A DNA stretch of 64,000 bases. Origin: Squalus acanthias. Lineage: Eukaryota. Positions within the stretch are counted from its first letter, which is position 1, and every line of letters begins with the position of its first letter. The notes under the pieces were generated by a model that made no database searches, was not told where the DNA came from, and saw only the letters and a list, made by a program, of their open reading frames with translations. Location: assembly GCA_030390025.1 (NCBI GenBank), contig CM059431.1, positions 104,534,001-104,598,000 of the forward strand. Reading direction: 5' to 3'. Shown piece by piece: positions 1 to 12,333 of the stretch. A program made the translations under genes and the position numbers.

Positions 1-618
1 GATTTCTGGCGTCCAGCAGCAGTGATGTCATCAAGCAAGCTAAGCAGCCAATCACACTGAAGAATTCTCACAGACAGCAAACCAGGAAAGTAGGTTTTAT
101 CATTCACTTTTTCTAATTTTACAGAAAACAAAATAAAGATTGAGACACACTCATGGGATTAAGGTAGAAGCTGAAATATCAAAAACAAATTTTAAAAACT
201 TTTTTTTTTATTATTTTAAAAATCTATGGAATTTTTATCATGGAATGGAGAAAATCACATTCCACAAATATAAAATTAGGTTTTCAAGGCCAGAGAGGTT
301 ATTCAGCAGTAATTATGACTTATTACGCCATTAAAAATTCAGTTATACCTTTTCCAACAAGGTTTAATTTTTTCAAGGGTTTTTACAGCGAGAATAGAGC
401 ATAAAAAGTTGAAGTTCACGTCAATTCAGTGATTTTGAATCAATTTTCATCACCGAAGAATGCACCAGCACACCCTGTGGAGCAGCAGGGTATCACTGAC
501 AACAACTTTTCGCGTATATCTGTGCATGTGCGGCCGCCAGAAGTTGCTGTCAGCTTTACACCGTAACGACCGCGAACGCTGACAGTTTCGCCGTCATTAC
601 AACCACAAATTCTGGGCC
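1..618. mobile_element. Right part of a non-autonomous Harbinger-like element (AT-rich-centre type), cut by the window edge
   Basis: Ends in CAAATTCTGGGCC followed by AAT, like the termini of the other elements here. A related fragment lies at about 46870-47400. Confidence 0.5.
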
Positions 619-914
619 AATGCTTTTTCCCAATTAAACAGCTCATTAACTACTTCAGAAGTATGAACGAAAGCATTAGTGCAGGTGTACCCTGATAGGC
701 TGTTGTCTGCTATTTGAAGTTAGCAAACTCGTGCAACACTAAACTGGCAGAACAGAAGCTGAGATTATTCACCATTTTCACTAGTGGGTGCTAGACATAA
801 CCAAAAATATTATTTACTATTAATGTTTTAGAAAAATAGGAAAATATACCGCAATGAGTTTAATATGGAAAAATACACAGACTCCGATCTTTGATTCCCC
901 TCCCACTTGTTTGA

Positions 915-1360
915 AAAGAAAGAAAGACTTGCATTTCTACAGCGTCTTTCACAACCTTAGGATGACCCAAAGTGCTTTACAGCCAATGAAGTACTTTTGA
1001 AGCATAGTCACTGTTGTAATGTAGGAAACGCGACAACCAATTTGTGCAGAGCAAGCTCCCACAAAGAACAATGTGATAATGACCAGATAATCTGTTTTTA
1101 ATCATGTTAATTGAGAGATAAATATTGGCCCCAGGACATAACGTCCCCTGCTCTTCTTCGAAATAGTGGCCGTAGGGTCTTTTACGTCCACCTGAGAGGG
1201 CAGACGTAAAAGTTTAACGTCTCATCCGAGCAACTCCCACAGCACTATACTGGAATGTCAGCCTAGATTTTTGTGCTCAAGTCGCTGGAGTGGGACTTGA
1301 ACCCACGACCTTCTGACTCGAGATGAATAGCGCTATCCACTGAGGCACCCACAGCTGACA
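915..1360 (-). mobile_element. tRNA-derived DeuSINE (SacSINE1-like)
   Basis: Reverse complement shows the tRNA-like head (A/B boxes, GGTTCAAGTCCC), the central domain and the ...GCAAGTCTTTCTTT tail shared by more than 12 copies in the window. Confidence 0.85.
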
Positions 1361-2614
1361 CGGTTTGTGGGATTTTTATCAAGGACTCTGGGCATTTTCC
1401 TTTCTAATTGTGCAGATTCCAATATGGAGAGTCGAAGGTCAGTTTGTGTGTGTCTATGGCCTTTAAATACATAAAGAACATACCAGCTTGAATTTTGCTC
1501 CATTTGCAGTTACAGCGTGTTGGCATTCCACTTGCACAGGGGATCTGTACTTGCAGCACACAAATGAAATTCAGTCTTTAGCTCACTTTGACTAGTTACT
1601 GTTTTGCTGGAATAAAGAGCAGAACCAGTTAGTGCATCAGCCAGGTGTCAAGTGCGACAATAAGCTATGATTGTAGTTGGAAGCCCAATGATGACTGAAG
1701 CAAGAGTTCAAAGGTCCAAATAGGGGTTCCAACAATTCTTGGTGCTGAGAAAGGATACATTCAGACAACTATTACGTGAAATAAGAAATGTGTGAAAACC
1801 GCAAGAAAATCTAAATGGAAAAATAGAATGCATCATTGCCATGAACTAGCTGTCAATCTGTACAATTCGTTTCTATAAAGGGCATCTTAAATTTTTTCTA
1901 AAAGAAAAGCAATTCTTGGGGGTTTAAGTTTCTCTGTGCACTGTTCACATACGCTGTTTTAACAAATTCAATAACCCATTTATTTTAAAACCTTGTTAAA
2001 ATTTGAACAAATTAACCAATCCACAAATAAGAGTACTTGGAGAAATGTCATTGACGTAATTAAAATCACTCTTTCTACTGTTAAGAAACTGCGGAGCAAA
2101 GATGGACCAAGCCCCCTTATCTGTAAGCTAAGGTATAGATTGTACACCGTAGACTCGCCACGCTTATTTACACTTACTGAGCCCAATATGATATTTGGTA
2201 TAAAAGGGGTCATTACCCGACCACTTTTGAGCAGAACGATTGTGTTTTACAACATATTTCGTATGTCAAACTTTAGCTGATTCATGACATGCCGCTGGGG
2301 TACAATAACATGTACTATTAAAGCAATATAATACATTTTTCTTGCATTTTATGGATAAGCTATTAACTTACTCTGACACTTTTGTTGTGCGCTTACGGGT
2401 CATTCTTGGTGACTCATGACACAGGCTATGAACTGGACCAAATTATTCAAGGCCACTTTAAGGAAATAATGCAATGAAAGGAAAATCTGATTTCAAATCA
2501 ATTAGACAGTCTTAGCATAAATTCAGAAATATCTGAATGTGAATGGAAAGAGTAAAATGCATTCATTGAGCAAGCTTAATCAAAATATTCTCCTAACTTG
2601 CTGTTAAATTATTA

Positions 2615-3400
2615 TTTTTTATTCATTTATGGGATGTGGGCGTCTCTGGCAAGGCCTAATTGCCCTTGAGAAGGTGGTGGTGAGCCGCCTTCTTGAACCG
2701 CTGCAGTCCGTGTGATGAAGGTACTCCCACAGTGCTGTTAGGGAGGGAGTTCCAGGATTTTGACCCAGCGACGATGAAGGAACGGCGATATATTTCCAAG
2801 TCAGGATGGTGTGTGACTTGGAGGGAAACTTGGAGGTGATGGTGTTCCCATGCGCCTGCTGCTCTTGTCTTTCTAGGTTGAAGAGGTCGCGGGTTTGGGA
2901 GGAGCTGCCGAAGAAGCCTTGGCGAGTGGCTGCAGTGCATCTTGTAGATGCAACAAACTGCAGCCACAGTACGCCGGTGGTGGAGGGAGTGAATGTTTAA
3001 GGTGGTGGATGGGGTGCCTTTCAAGCGGGCTGCTTTGTCCTGGATGGTGTCGAGCTTCTTGAGTGTTGTTGCAGCTGCACTCATCCAGGCAAGTGGAGAG
3101 TATTCCATCATACACCTTTCTTGTGCCTTGTAGATGATGGAAAGGCTTTGGGGAGTCAGGAGGTGAGACACTCGCCACAGAATACTTAGCCTCTGACCTG
3201 CTCTTGTTGCCACAGTAATTATGTGGTTGGTCCAGTTAAGTTTCTGGTCAATGGTGACCCCAGGGATGTTGATGGTGGGGGATTTGGCGATGGTATAGCC
3301 GTTGAATGTCAAGGGGCGGTGGTTAGACTCTCGCTTGTTGGAGATAGTCATTGCCTGGCACTTGTTTGGCGCGAATGCTACCTGCCACTTATCAGTCCAA
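2615..3400 (-). mobile_element. 3' fragment of a CR1/L2-group LINE (RT C-terminal region)
   Basis: ORF 2656-3351 reads GVTIDQKLNWTNHI...IYKAQ...MEYSPLAW. Near-identical to the copy at 61884-62320. Confidence 0.8.
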
Positions 3401-3618
3401 CTATGACTCTATTTATGATAGAAAGAATTTTACTGGAGATTTTTTCTCCTAACACCAATCAATCTTGTTTCAAATTTAACTGGTTTAAATTCCCAGTAAT
3501 TACAATTAAATTCATTTCTCTGTATCTTTTAAAATGTCTATCATTTATTGATATGTGCTATGACTGAACTGACATTGTGACGTATAATTGAATTTCCCTG
3601 ACAATATCCACAGATGAT

Positions 3619-3886
3619 AAGAGTGATTTTAACCCTACTCGCTCAGCAGAAACCTGGCGGGCGAGCAGTTAAAATCACCCTGGCTCTTACCTGTCCGAAA
3701 GCCACTATGATCGCAACACCTGCAACTTTAACCTGCTCTCCTGAGCAGGCAGCAAGGACATGCGCCCGGAGCCAACAGGGTCCTTCATTACATCTGCGCG
3801 TTGCGGCCCGATGACCTCATTGAGACCCGACTGTAATTTTAACTCAGGCGTGAGTGGGGAATCCACCTGGAGTTAAAATTGGGGCC
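3619..3886. mobile_element. About 265-bp MITE (Harbinger-like ends GATTTTAAC...GTTAAAAT)
   Basis: Same sequence recurs at 9784-10056, 37276-37516, 40623-40890 and partly at 41254-41470. Confidence 0.75.
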
Positions 3887-4102
3887 GGAACCTGTCCTGA
3901 AATACTTCTCTCTCTTTCTCACCATATAATTATTTGTTTTCCTCTGTTTTCCTTCTGTTTGTGTTCTACTCTTCTTTTTCATTCTTACTCTGTGTGTGGC
4001 TCTCAAACAGTTTTCTCAATGCAGTTTTGGTATCTTGGTGTTCACTTCTGACTATCTTTCTCATTGTTTCTGCAGGTCTTTCCTTCCTCTTGACAACTTA
4101 AT

Positions 4103-4958
4103 GGGCTGGATTTTGAATCTGGGGTCGGGTTGGGGTCGGGAATCACACATTTTGGCTTGTGAACCCGCCTCCATTGAGATGTGGCCAACCCACTGTATTT
4201 TCCCTTGATTGACCTTGTTGAGCCCGCCCAGTGGGCTCAGCAGGCCAATTAATGGCCACCCAGCAACAGGTGACGTCGCAGACTGATATTTCATCTGTCA
4301 AGAGCTTTTGACAGATGAAATATCAACGTTTGACAGCTCTGTGAAGCTGTCAAACACTGACAATATGATTTCTAACTTCAGTCCTTCCTCTCAGACTGAG
4401 TTAGAAATCATTCCACCACAGAAAACAGAAGGCTGCAGTTTTTGACAGAACCACGGCTTTCCTGCTTTCTGTGCCGGTGAGATTTCTAACTCCCGAGAAC
4501 TGAAATGCTGACACCTGCAGGAGGAAGTTAAGGTAAGTAAAACTTTTTCCAACACTTAGCACTTACCTTACACACTTACCTCTGCACACATGCACCCATC
4601 ACTCACCTGCCCACCGGACATATCGACCCCTCCAACCCCTGCAGACCCACGGCCCGCCCTGATAACTTGGCGTGGTAGCCACCTGTCGGGAAGCCCACAC
4701 TTTTCTTTTTAAAATAGGGATTATGCAAAAAACTGCCTGTTAACTACCTGTTAACAGGCAGTTAATTGTCACTAATCCCTTCCCGCCTCGGGGAGTCGGG
4801 TCTCAGAACAGGTCGGGTACCCGCCGCCAGAGAAACTGGCATGGAGGCGGGTTGGAGGCGGGATGGGGTCGGGACCCCCGAATCTGCAACTTTAACACCC
4901 CCCCCCCCCCCCCCCCCGCCTCCAAACCTGACTCCACGGGTCATTGCAAATCCAGCCC
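4103..4958. mobile_element. About 850-bp non-autonomous Harbinger-like element
   Basis: TIRs GGGCTGGATTT/AAATCCAGCCC, flanks AAT/AAA. Inverted near-identical copy at 8786-9634. Confidence 0.85.
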
Positions 4959-5051
4959 AAATACTCTCTATGATCTCACAACTGCTCTTAACCTTTCTAA
5001 AGGTGTCGGGTAGAGAACAAAATTGCAGCCCACAGGGCTTGGGCCCTACAG

Positions 5052-5225
5052 GTGTCAGCCATGGCTCAGTGGGCAGCACCCTCGCCTCCGAGTCAGCAGG
5101 TTGTGGGTTCAAGTCCTACTCCAGAGAGACTTGAGCACAAAAATCCACGCTGACACTTCCAGTGCAGTACTGAGGGAGTGGCTGCGCTGTCAGAGGTGCT
5201 GCCTTTCTAGTGAGACATTAAACCA
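5052..5225 (+). mobile_element. DeuSINE 5' fragment
   Basis: tRNA-like head GGCTCAGTGG...GGTTCAAGTCC, truncated after the start of the body. Confidence 0.75.
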
Positions 5226-5554
5226 TTTTGAAGTTCTGCTTTAAAATAAACATTTTCAAAAAAGCATTACCTTAACAGTACGAGTGGGACTCCGACCATC
5301 TGACTAACGCCAAGACCCAGGTTTAACCAATCTATACCAGTCTATAAACAGTCTGGTCGGACTTTAGCCAGAGATGCGATGCCTGTCACTCCCCAGCAGA
5401 TTTTTTACTAAATAGTAATCAGATTTGAAACTTTTGATGAGCTGTAATGAAACTGAAGGTCATGTGCTGTCAAGAACAATCTGATGACAGTTAACTTCCC
5501 CCAAAAAGTGCAGTTTTCATACATCAGAAGCAAATCATGATGTATGAAAACTGA

Positions 5555-5846
5555 TATGGAAAGCTACCCAACGCCTGCCACAAAACCAACCAATTAACTC
5601 AGTCAAGAGGGGGAGGCGCGAGGGGGAAAAAAATTGCTGCAGAGGTTCGTAACTTTTGCTGACTTGTTTGCATGCTTGTTCTGTTTTAATTGTATACATT
5701 GGGGTTTGTGTTCATAGTTGGTCAAAATGCTTGGGGAAAAAAAATAGTGTGAATGGTCGGTTTCATGGTAGTTGCTAGTTTGTAAATGGTAGTCTTGACT
5801 GAGTTAATTGGTTGGTTTTGTGGCAGTTGTTGGGTAGCTTTCCATA
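5555..5846. repeat. About 54-bp inverted repeat pair, candidate TA-flanked MITE
   Basis: 5555-5608 is the near-perfect reverse complement of 5793-5846, with TA at both outer ends. Confidence 0.65.
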
Positions 5847-6156
5847 ACTCGCTTGTGAATGGAACTGATTAATGGGTTATTTTATCCGATCAGCATGGTC
5901 CCCATTTAGTTAATGAGACATTTGCGCCGATCAGCATGGTTAACCTAACAGATAGCGGTAATTTGAGCTAATCACAATATTGTTTTGTCCTGCTGACACT
6001 CTTAAAGTTTAATGCCCTTTGAATGTGACACACCAGACATGTGCTCGATGCAAGGGTTTTAATTATATAGTTAGATTCTTTTTTTTTACTCACAGGATGT
6101 GGGCAAGGCCAGCATTTATTGCCCTTGAGAAGTTGGTGGTGAGCCACCTTCTTGAA

Positions 6157-6488
6157 TACATAGAATTACATCAGATATAGGGCACAGAAACAGAGCATTC
6201 AGCCCAACCAGTCCATGCTGGTGTTTATGCTCCACTCGAGCCTCCTCCCGTCTTTCCTTATCTAACTCTATCAACATAACCCTCTATTCCCTTCTCCCTC
6301 ATATGCATGTGCCTAAAATGCATCCATACTATTCGCATCAACCACTCCCTGTGGTAGCGAGTTCCACATTCTCATCACTCTTTAGGTAAAGAAGTTTATT
6401 CTGAATTCCCTATTTGATTTCTTGGTGACTATCTTATATTGATGGCCTCTAGTTTTGCTCTTCCCCCACAAGTGGGGACACTCTCTGT
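6157..6488 (-). mobile_element. CR1 LINE 3' fragment, interrupted at 6489 and resuming at about 8236-8262
   Basis: Encodes ...TRGHQYKI...FFT and has a CATAGAAT-type tail. Confidence 0.75.
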
Positions 6489-8235
6489 GGGCTGGATTTT
6501 CCCTGCGGAGGCGGGATGGTGGCGGGAGAGCTGGTTGGCGGTTTCCGGTCCCGCTCCCGTCTGCAGCCGCTCTCTCCAAGAGATTTTCCGTAGATTGGCC
6601 TTGTTAAGCCCACCCTGCGGGGTTCCTGGCCAATTAACAGGAAGCAGGTCTGATGACGTCATTTGATGACGCGTCATCAGCCGGTTTCCTTAAAGGGACC
6701 ACGGCCACATTGATTTTGACAGTCGTGCTGTCAGTGTTCTACAGCATTGCAAACACTGACAAGCACTGCACAGAGGTGTACGGCTGCACCCAGGATCTCC
6801 CATGACTCCCTCCATATGCTTATGGAGGGAGTCATACCACGCAGGGAGATTCTCTTCTCTTCCCATGGGCGGAAGAGACCTCCCCAGGAGATCAACGCAG
6901 TCTGGTTGCACATTGCACAGGAGGACACAAGCAGGGATGCCATCAGGAGGACCAGGCTGCAGTGGCGCAAAACATTCAATGATCTCAGTAGATCACAAAA
7001 CGTTACTGCAAAACCACACTCAACCTCACCCTGCTGTGCCACTCATCACATCCCCATCACTCTGCCTTCCCTACCCTACTCCTGCACATCCTTACTCACA
7101 CCAACTCACCGTGGACCTCCACCCATCCCTCTCTATCTACATTATCACTTCCCCATCTCACTAGCCAGCTCTCACACTCACCCTCATCCTACTGCAATCA
7201 TACCAACTAACAACACACAAGGGTAGGCACTTGAGAAGTTTAGCCAATGTTCATGTGCAGTTTCTGGTAATGTGTTGTCATACAGTGAAATCTATATTTT
7301 CACCACTTCACCTTATTGGACAGATCTGTGCGTACATTGAGAAGTGTCTTACTGAGTTCCAGTGAATGTTGAGACATAACTTCCGCCCCCCGCTATAGTG
7401 ATGAGTGTGAATGGAATGGGTTGGACATTATAGGGATGCTTTACGGTACTGGTGTGGGATGGTGTTAACCTGGTGAATCATGTGGCAGCCAGGGTTTACA
7501 GCATCAAGTGAAGTAAATCTGGCCATGGTGATGCCATCGCTGGTCTCCTGGGCAGCAATGTTGTCAGGGGCTGATGCCCTGTGTCCTGTGCAGCATCAGG
7601 TGATGGCAGAGAAGGTTGGTGATGCTGGTGTGCCTGGTGAAGTTGGTATTGGGGCTGAGCGTGGAAGGATTCAGAGGACCAAGGTGTGATTTTTTCTAGG
7701 GCACCAATGTTGCTGGAATAGATGGCAGCTGCAGGTGAGATGACAGAAGCGATCTGTCAATGGTGAGAGAGGTTGTTCCATTGAGGTGGCACTGGACATA
7801 CAGTTGGATCTAAAAACTAGCTAAAGAAATGCAGTAACCAACAGTTTCTGCTCTCTGAAACTGACCATCTGCAACATGGCATCCTTTAATCCACTTCTGC
7901 AGCTGTCAGGTTATCAGATACATCAGAGCAGACTCAACTAATGCCAGGGTGAGCCGGCGTGTTCCCAGAGCAGCGGGTAACCCGTGGGGGAGCAGGTAAA
8001 ATTGCAATGTAGGCTCAAAGTAGCATTAAATTGGCTGTTCACAAGCCATTTAATGATATAAATTGTCTCCCCCGCCACTTGGTTTCGGGTCAGTTCTGCG
8101 CAGACAGACCCGACACCAGGGAGACTCGCGTGGAGGCAGGTTGACAGCGAGTTTCCTACCCGCTGTTAATCTTTGCTATTTTGACAGCGGACCTGCCTCC
8201 AAACCCAACCTCTGAGCGCTGGCAAAATCCAACCC
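6489..8235. mobile_element. About 1.75-kb non-autonomous Harbinger element with a Myb/SANT remnant
   Basis: TIRs GGGCTGGATTTT/AAAATCCAACCC. ORF 6747-7226 contains PRISHDSL...RREILF...W...QWRKTFNDL. Same family as 13898-15690. Confidence 0.85.
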
Positions 8236-8274
8236 TCGGTGTCTACTCCATCAAAACCTTTCATCCAACTGTGT

Positions 8275-8550
8275 GGCACAGGGCAGTTAAGAGTCAACCA
8301 CATTGCTGTGGGTCTGGAGTTACATTTAGACCAGGTAATGATGGCAGCATTTCCATCCCTAAAGGATACTAGTGAATACGACAATGGTCATCATTACTGA
8401 TACTAGCTTTTTATTCCAGATTTATTTAATTAACAGAATTTAAATTATCTAGCTGCCGTGGTGGGATTTGAACGCATTGTCACCAGATTATTAGTCCCGA
8501 TCTCTGCGATTACTAGTCTAGTAACGTAACGTAACCACTATGCTACCGCA
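8275..8550 (-). mobile_element. SINE sharing its 3' end with the 2615/61884 LINE family
   Basis: tRNA-like head on the minus strand. A related + copy lies at about 27345-27645 ending TAGGGATTGGCAATAAATG...CCCACATCCC. Confidence 0.55.
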
Positions 8551-8785
8551 AGTTCTGCAAGAACCCGGAATATATTGTAAAAGCATGATTCAAACCTTTA
8601 ACTAATTTTTTCCTAGTTAGCTTACCAGGATTGAAAAGCAGGAAAATACCTTAAACACAGTTATGCTCACATGTGTTTTCTCTATTACCTGTTCCTTGAA
8701 TATTTGGACTTGGTAAGTAAATCGATTTTGCCGAGATTGCATATTTTACGACAGTTGTGGCCCAAAGTGCGGTGTCAGACACAAT

Positions 8786-9634
8786 GGGCTGGATTTTCAA
8801 TGACCCGTGGAGCCGGGTTTGGAGTCGGGGGGGGTGGGGGGTTAAAGTTGCAGATTCGGGGGTCCCAACCCCATCCCGCCTCCAACCCGCCTCCATGCCA
8901 GTTTCTCTGGCAGCGGGTACCCGACCTGTGCTGAGACCCGACTCCCCGAGGCGGGAAGGGATTAGTGACAATTAACTGCCTGTTAACAGGTAGTTAACAG
9001 GCAGTTTTTTGCATAATCCCTATTTTAAAAGGTGAAATGTGGGCTTTCCGACAGGTGGCAACCATGCCAAGTTATCGGGGCGGGCCGTGGGTCTGCAGGG
9101 GCTGGAGGGGTCGATATGTCCGGTGGGCAGGTGAGTGATGGGTGCATATGTGCAGAGGTAAGTGTGTAAGGTAAGTGCTAAGTGTGGGAAAAAGTTTTAC
9201 TTACCTTAATTTCCTCCTGCAGGTGTCAGCCCTTCAGTTCTCGGGAGTCAGAAATCTCATCGGCACAGGAAGCAGAAAAGCCGTGGTCCTGTCAAAAACT
9301 GCAGCCTTCTGTTTTCTGTGGTGGAATGATTTCTAACTCAGCCTGAGAGGAAGGACTGAAGTTAGAAATCATATTGTCAGTGTTTGACAGCTTCACAGAG
9401 CTGTCAAACGCTGATATTTCATCAGTCAAAAGCTCTTGACAGATGAAATGTCAATCCGTGACGTCACCTGTTGCCGGGTGGCCCTTAATTGGCCTGCTGA
9501 GCCCACTGGGCAGGCTCAACAAGGTCAATCAAGGGAAAATACAATGGGTTGGCCACATCTCGATGGAGGCGGGTTTACAAGCCAAAATGTGGGATTCACG
9601 ACACCAACCCGACCCCAGTATCAAAATCCAGCCC
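8786..9634. mobile_element. About 850-bp non-autonomous Harbinger-like element
   Basis: Perfect TIRs GGGCTGGATTTT/AAAATCCAGCCC and exact AAT TSD. Confidence 0.9.
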
Positions 9635-9783
9635 AATGGGTGCAGTGACTGAAATAATAGGTGAGACAAATAATCAAATAAACGCCACTTTCATTTCATT
9701 ACATTACAGTACATTGGCTGAATATATGTATTTTGTTATAGCGATAATTTCTAAGTGAAACTTTTGATACAGTCAACGAATGC

Positions 9784-10056
9784 GGCTCTGATTTTAACTC
9801 CAGGTGGATTCCCCCGCTCAGGCCTGAGTTAAAATCACAGTCGGGTCTCAATGATGTCATCGGGCTGCATCATGCCGATGTAAAGAAGGACCCCGCCGGC
9901 TCCGGGTGCCTGTCCTTGCCGCCCGCTCGGGAGAGCAGGTTAAAATTACAGATGTTGCGATCATCACGGCGGCTTTCGGCAAAGTAAGAGCCAGGGGTGA
10001 TTTTAACTGCCCGCCCGCCAGGTTTCTGCTGAGCGAGTAGGGTTAAAATCACCCTA
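9784..10056. mobile_element. About 265-bp MITE, inverted relative to 3619-3886
   Basis: Reverse-complement match to the 3619 copy. Confidence 0.75.
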
Positions 10057-10821
10057 GAATGACAAATGACAAACACCAACAAACCACAGTTACAGGTAAA
10101 TTAAGCCCTGTCATTTCTGTCTTTTTGATTATGTATCTGGTAGGTTAATGCTTCGGGACGTCCTTAGGTCGTGAAATGTGTTACATAACGGCAAATGCAA
10201 GTTGTTCTCTCTGTCAGTAACTCCATTAGCAATTTTCTCAATACGACTGATGGAGAATTGTGGTCTAAATGAAAGGAATAAGACATTCCCACTGTGTGTG
10301 CATCTCTTGGACAGAACACTGCTCTAGGAGTTCTGTTCCAGCGACTCTGAACAGCTGGAACACTAAGCAGTAATTGAACGTCCGTTAAAATCCAATTTGT
10401 GTACTGAACAGATTTCTATCTGTGGTTTGTTTAAGGTCCACTGAATTGTAAAATGGTTGCTGCAGTCACACAGATGTTAATATCTCCAGGCACCTTCACT
10501 GGATTTACAGCTTCCACATTTACATATTTGCACGCAGTTTACTGCTCACCGAGTGAGACGGCGCAAGTTGTCATTTTCGTCACAGTGCCATTAACCATTC
10601 TCAATAAAAAAAATACTTTAGCACTACAATTACAGCTCATTAATGTTTGAGCAGAAAAATATGATAGGGGGTTATTGCTTACTTCATTGGGTGTCATTAA
10701 CTCTACTGCACAGATGCTTAAATGTAACACATACCTTTAAAGCTAGAGTTATAAATGTTTGATAGCACGCTATAAGGTGTTCATAGAATGATTGTTACCT
10801 TTCATTAATTCTATATCACAG

Positions 10822-11445
10822 TGTAAGACGTGTGGAATTACCCCTCGCCCCGTCCAACAGGTTATAGAGTTCGGACTTGAGACTTATGAGAAATTACACC
10901 AGACACACGGGTTCTGTCTTTAACCTTTTATTGTTCCTAAGACAGATTCAAAACCCCAACCACTATTCGAGCAGTCCACCAATAATGTTACAGGGAATCA
11001 TACATACAACCACCCGCCGATGATCGGGCCAGCGTTGATTGTAGGTCCTCGTAAGCGAAAAGACCGGCCAGGCCCCTCCTTCCTCCGACTGCAGCCTGAT
11101 CCTCATAGGCGAGATGACTGGCCAAACCACTTTCTTCAGCCTGCAGTGTCGATATTCTTATAGCCACTGTGTTTTATACAGCTTTCCTTGCATTTTGCAC
11201 TAAATCAATCATTCAGAGATGGTGAAATGTTCCTTTAATGTTGGTCTGAGCTGTTTGAGCAGTCAAACATTCACATTAACTCACACATCCTGTGTGGCTA
11301 TCCATTAGTTGTCCTTATCACAGCCCAAAATTGTTCACTCACTCCTAAAGTTTACAAAAGTGGCAGAAAACCACTGGTTAGGTTCATGAGTTACGTCGTA
11401 TTCTGCATTTCAAAACTTCAAAGGTTTGACTTCTCCCCTTTAGCC
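10822..11445 (-). mobile_element. Possible LTR of a retroelement
   Basis: Begins TGTAAG. Minus-strand AATAAA near 10927, TATA-like motif near 11173 and a purine tract (AAAGGGGAGAAG) at the far end. No TSD found. Confidence 0.35.
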
Positions 11446-11468
11446 TCCGAAAAGCCATCAGAGACACC

Positions 11469-12333
11469 GGCTGCGATTTTATTGATCGATGCGGCTTGGG
11501 CGCGGGTCAGCTGGTTTCCGGGTTCCAGTCCCGCCCCCAACTTCATCCACCCCACGGACGTGGTTTTACATCAATTGGCCTTGTTAAGCCCGCCCTGCAG
11601 GCTTGCCAGCCAATTAAGAAGAAGCCGGTCAGACGACGTCATTTGATGACGCGTCATCTGCCGGTTTTCTTAAAGGGAACATGCACAATTTTTCTTTGAC
11701 AGCTCATTTCTCAGTGTTTGACGGCATTGAGGTGCTGCAAACACTCACAATGACTGTTCACAGGTGAGTTCTTGCAGCCAGGCTCTCCAGTGACTCCCTC
11801 CTTAGGCTAGAACAGATGGCAGCTGCAGGTGAGGTTACAGAAGCGATCTGTCACTGGTGAGAGAGGTTCTCCCAATGAGGTGGGACCACACATACAATTC
11901 AAAACTTGTTACTTACAGAAAAGTCTAAATGCATTAAAAATGAATTTCCCAACATTTTCTCACCGCTGAAACTCACCAGTGCACCATTGGATCCTTCACA
12001 CCACTTCTGCAGCTGTCATCAATGCAGAAACATTACAGCAGACTCACAACACGCCACACTTACCTGGTGTGGTGTCTGGACGTTGGGAAACCCGAAGTAG
12101 AATTGTCAAAATTGCAAAAGAGCCTGTTAACTGCCTGTTAACAACCTTTAACAGGCAGTTAAGTGGCTATAATCCTCTTCCCGCCGCTAGGTGTCGGGTC
12201 CATGCGTAAATCGGGGACCCGACACTTGGGAAGATTGATTGGAGGTGGGTTTCCTGCTCGCTGTCAATCTTTGCGATTTTGACGGATGTCCCGCCTCCAA
12301 ACCTGCCCCCTGAGCGCCGACAAAATTCCGGCC
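11469..12333. mobile_element. About 865-bp non-autonomous Harbinger-like element
   Basis: Ends GGCTGCGATTTT/AAAATTCCGGCC with ACC on both flanks. Same family as 25081-25953 and a deletion relative of the 1.75-kb family. Confidence 0.8.
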
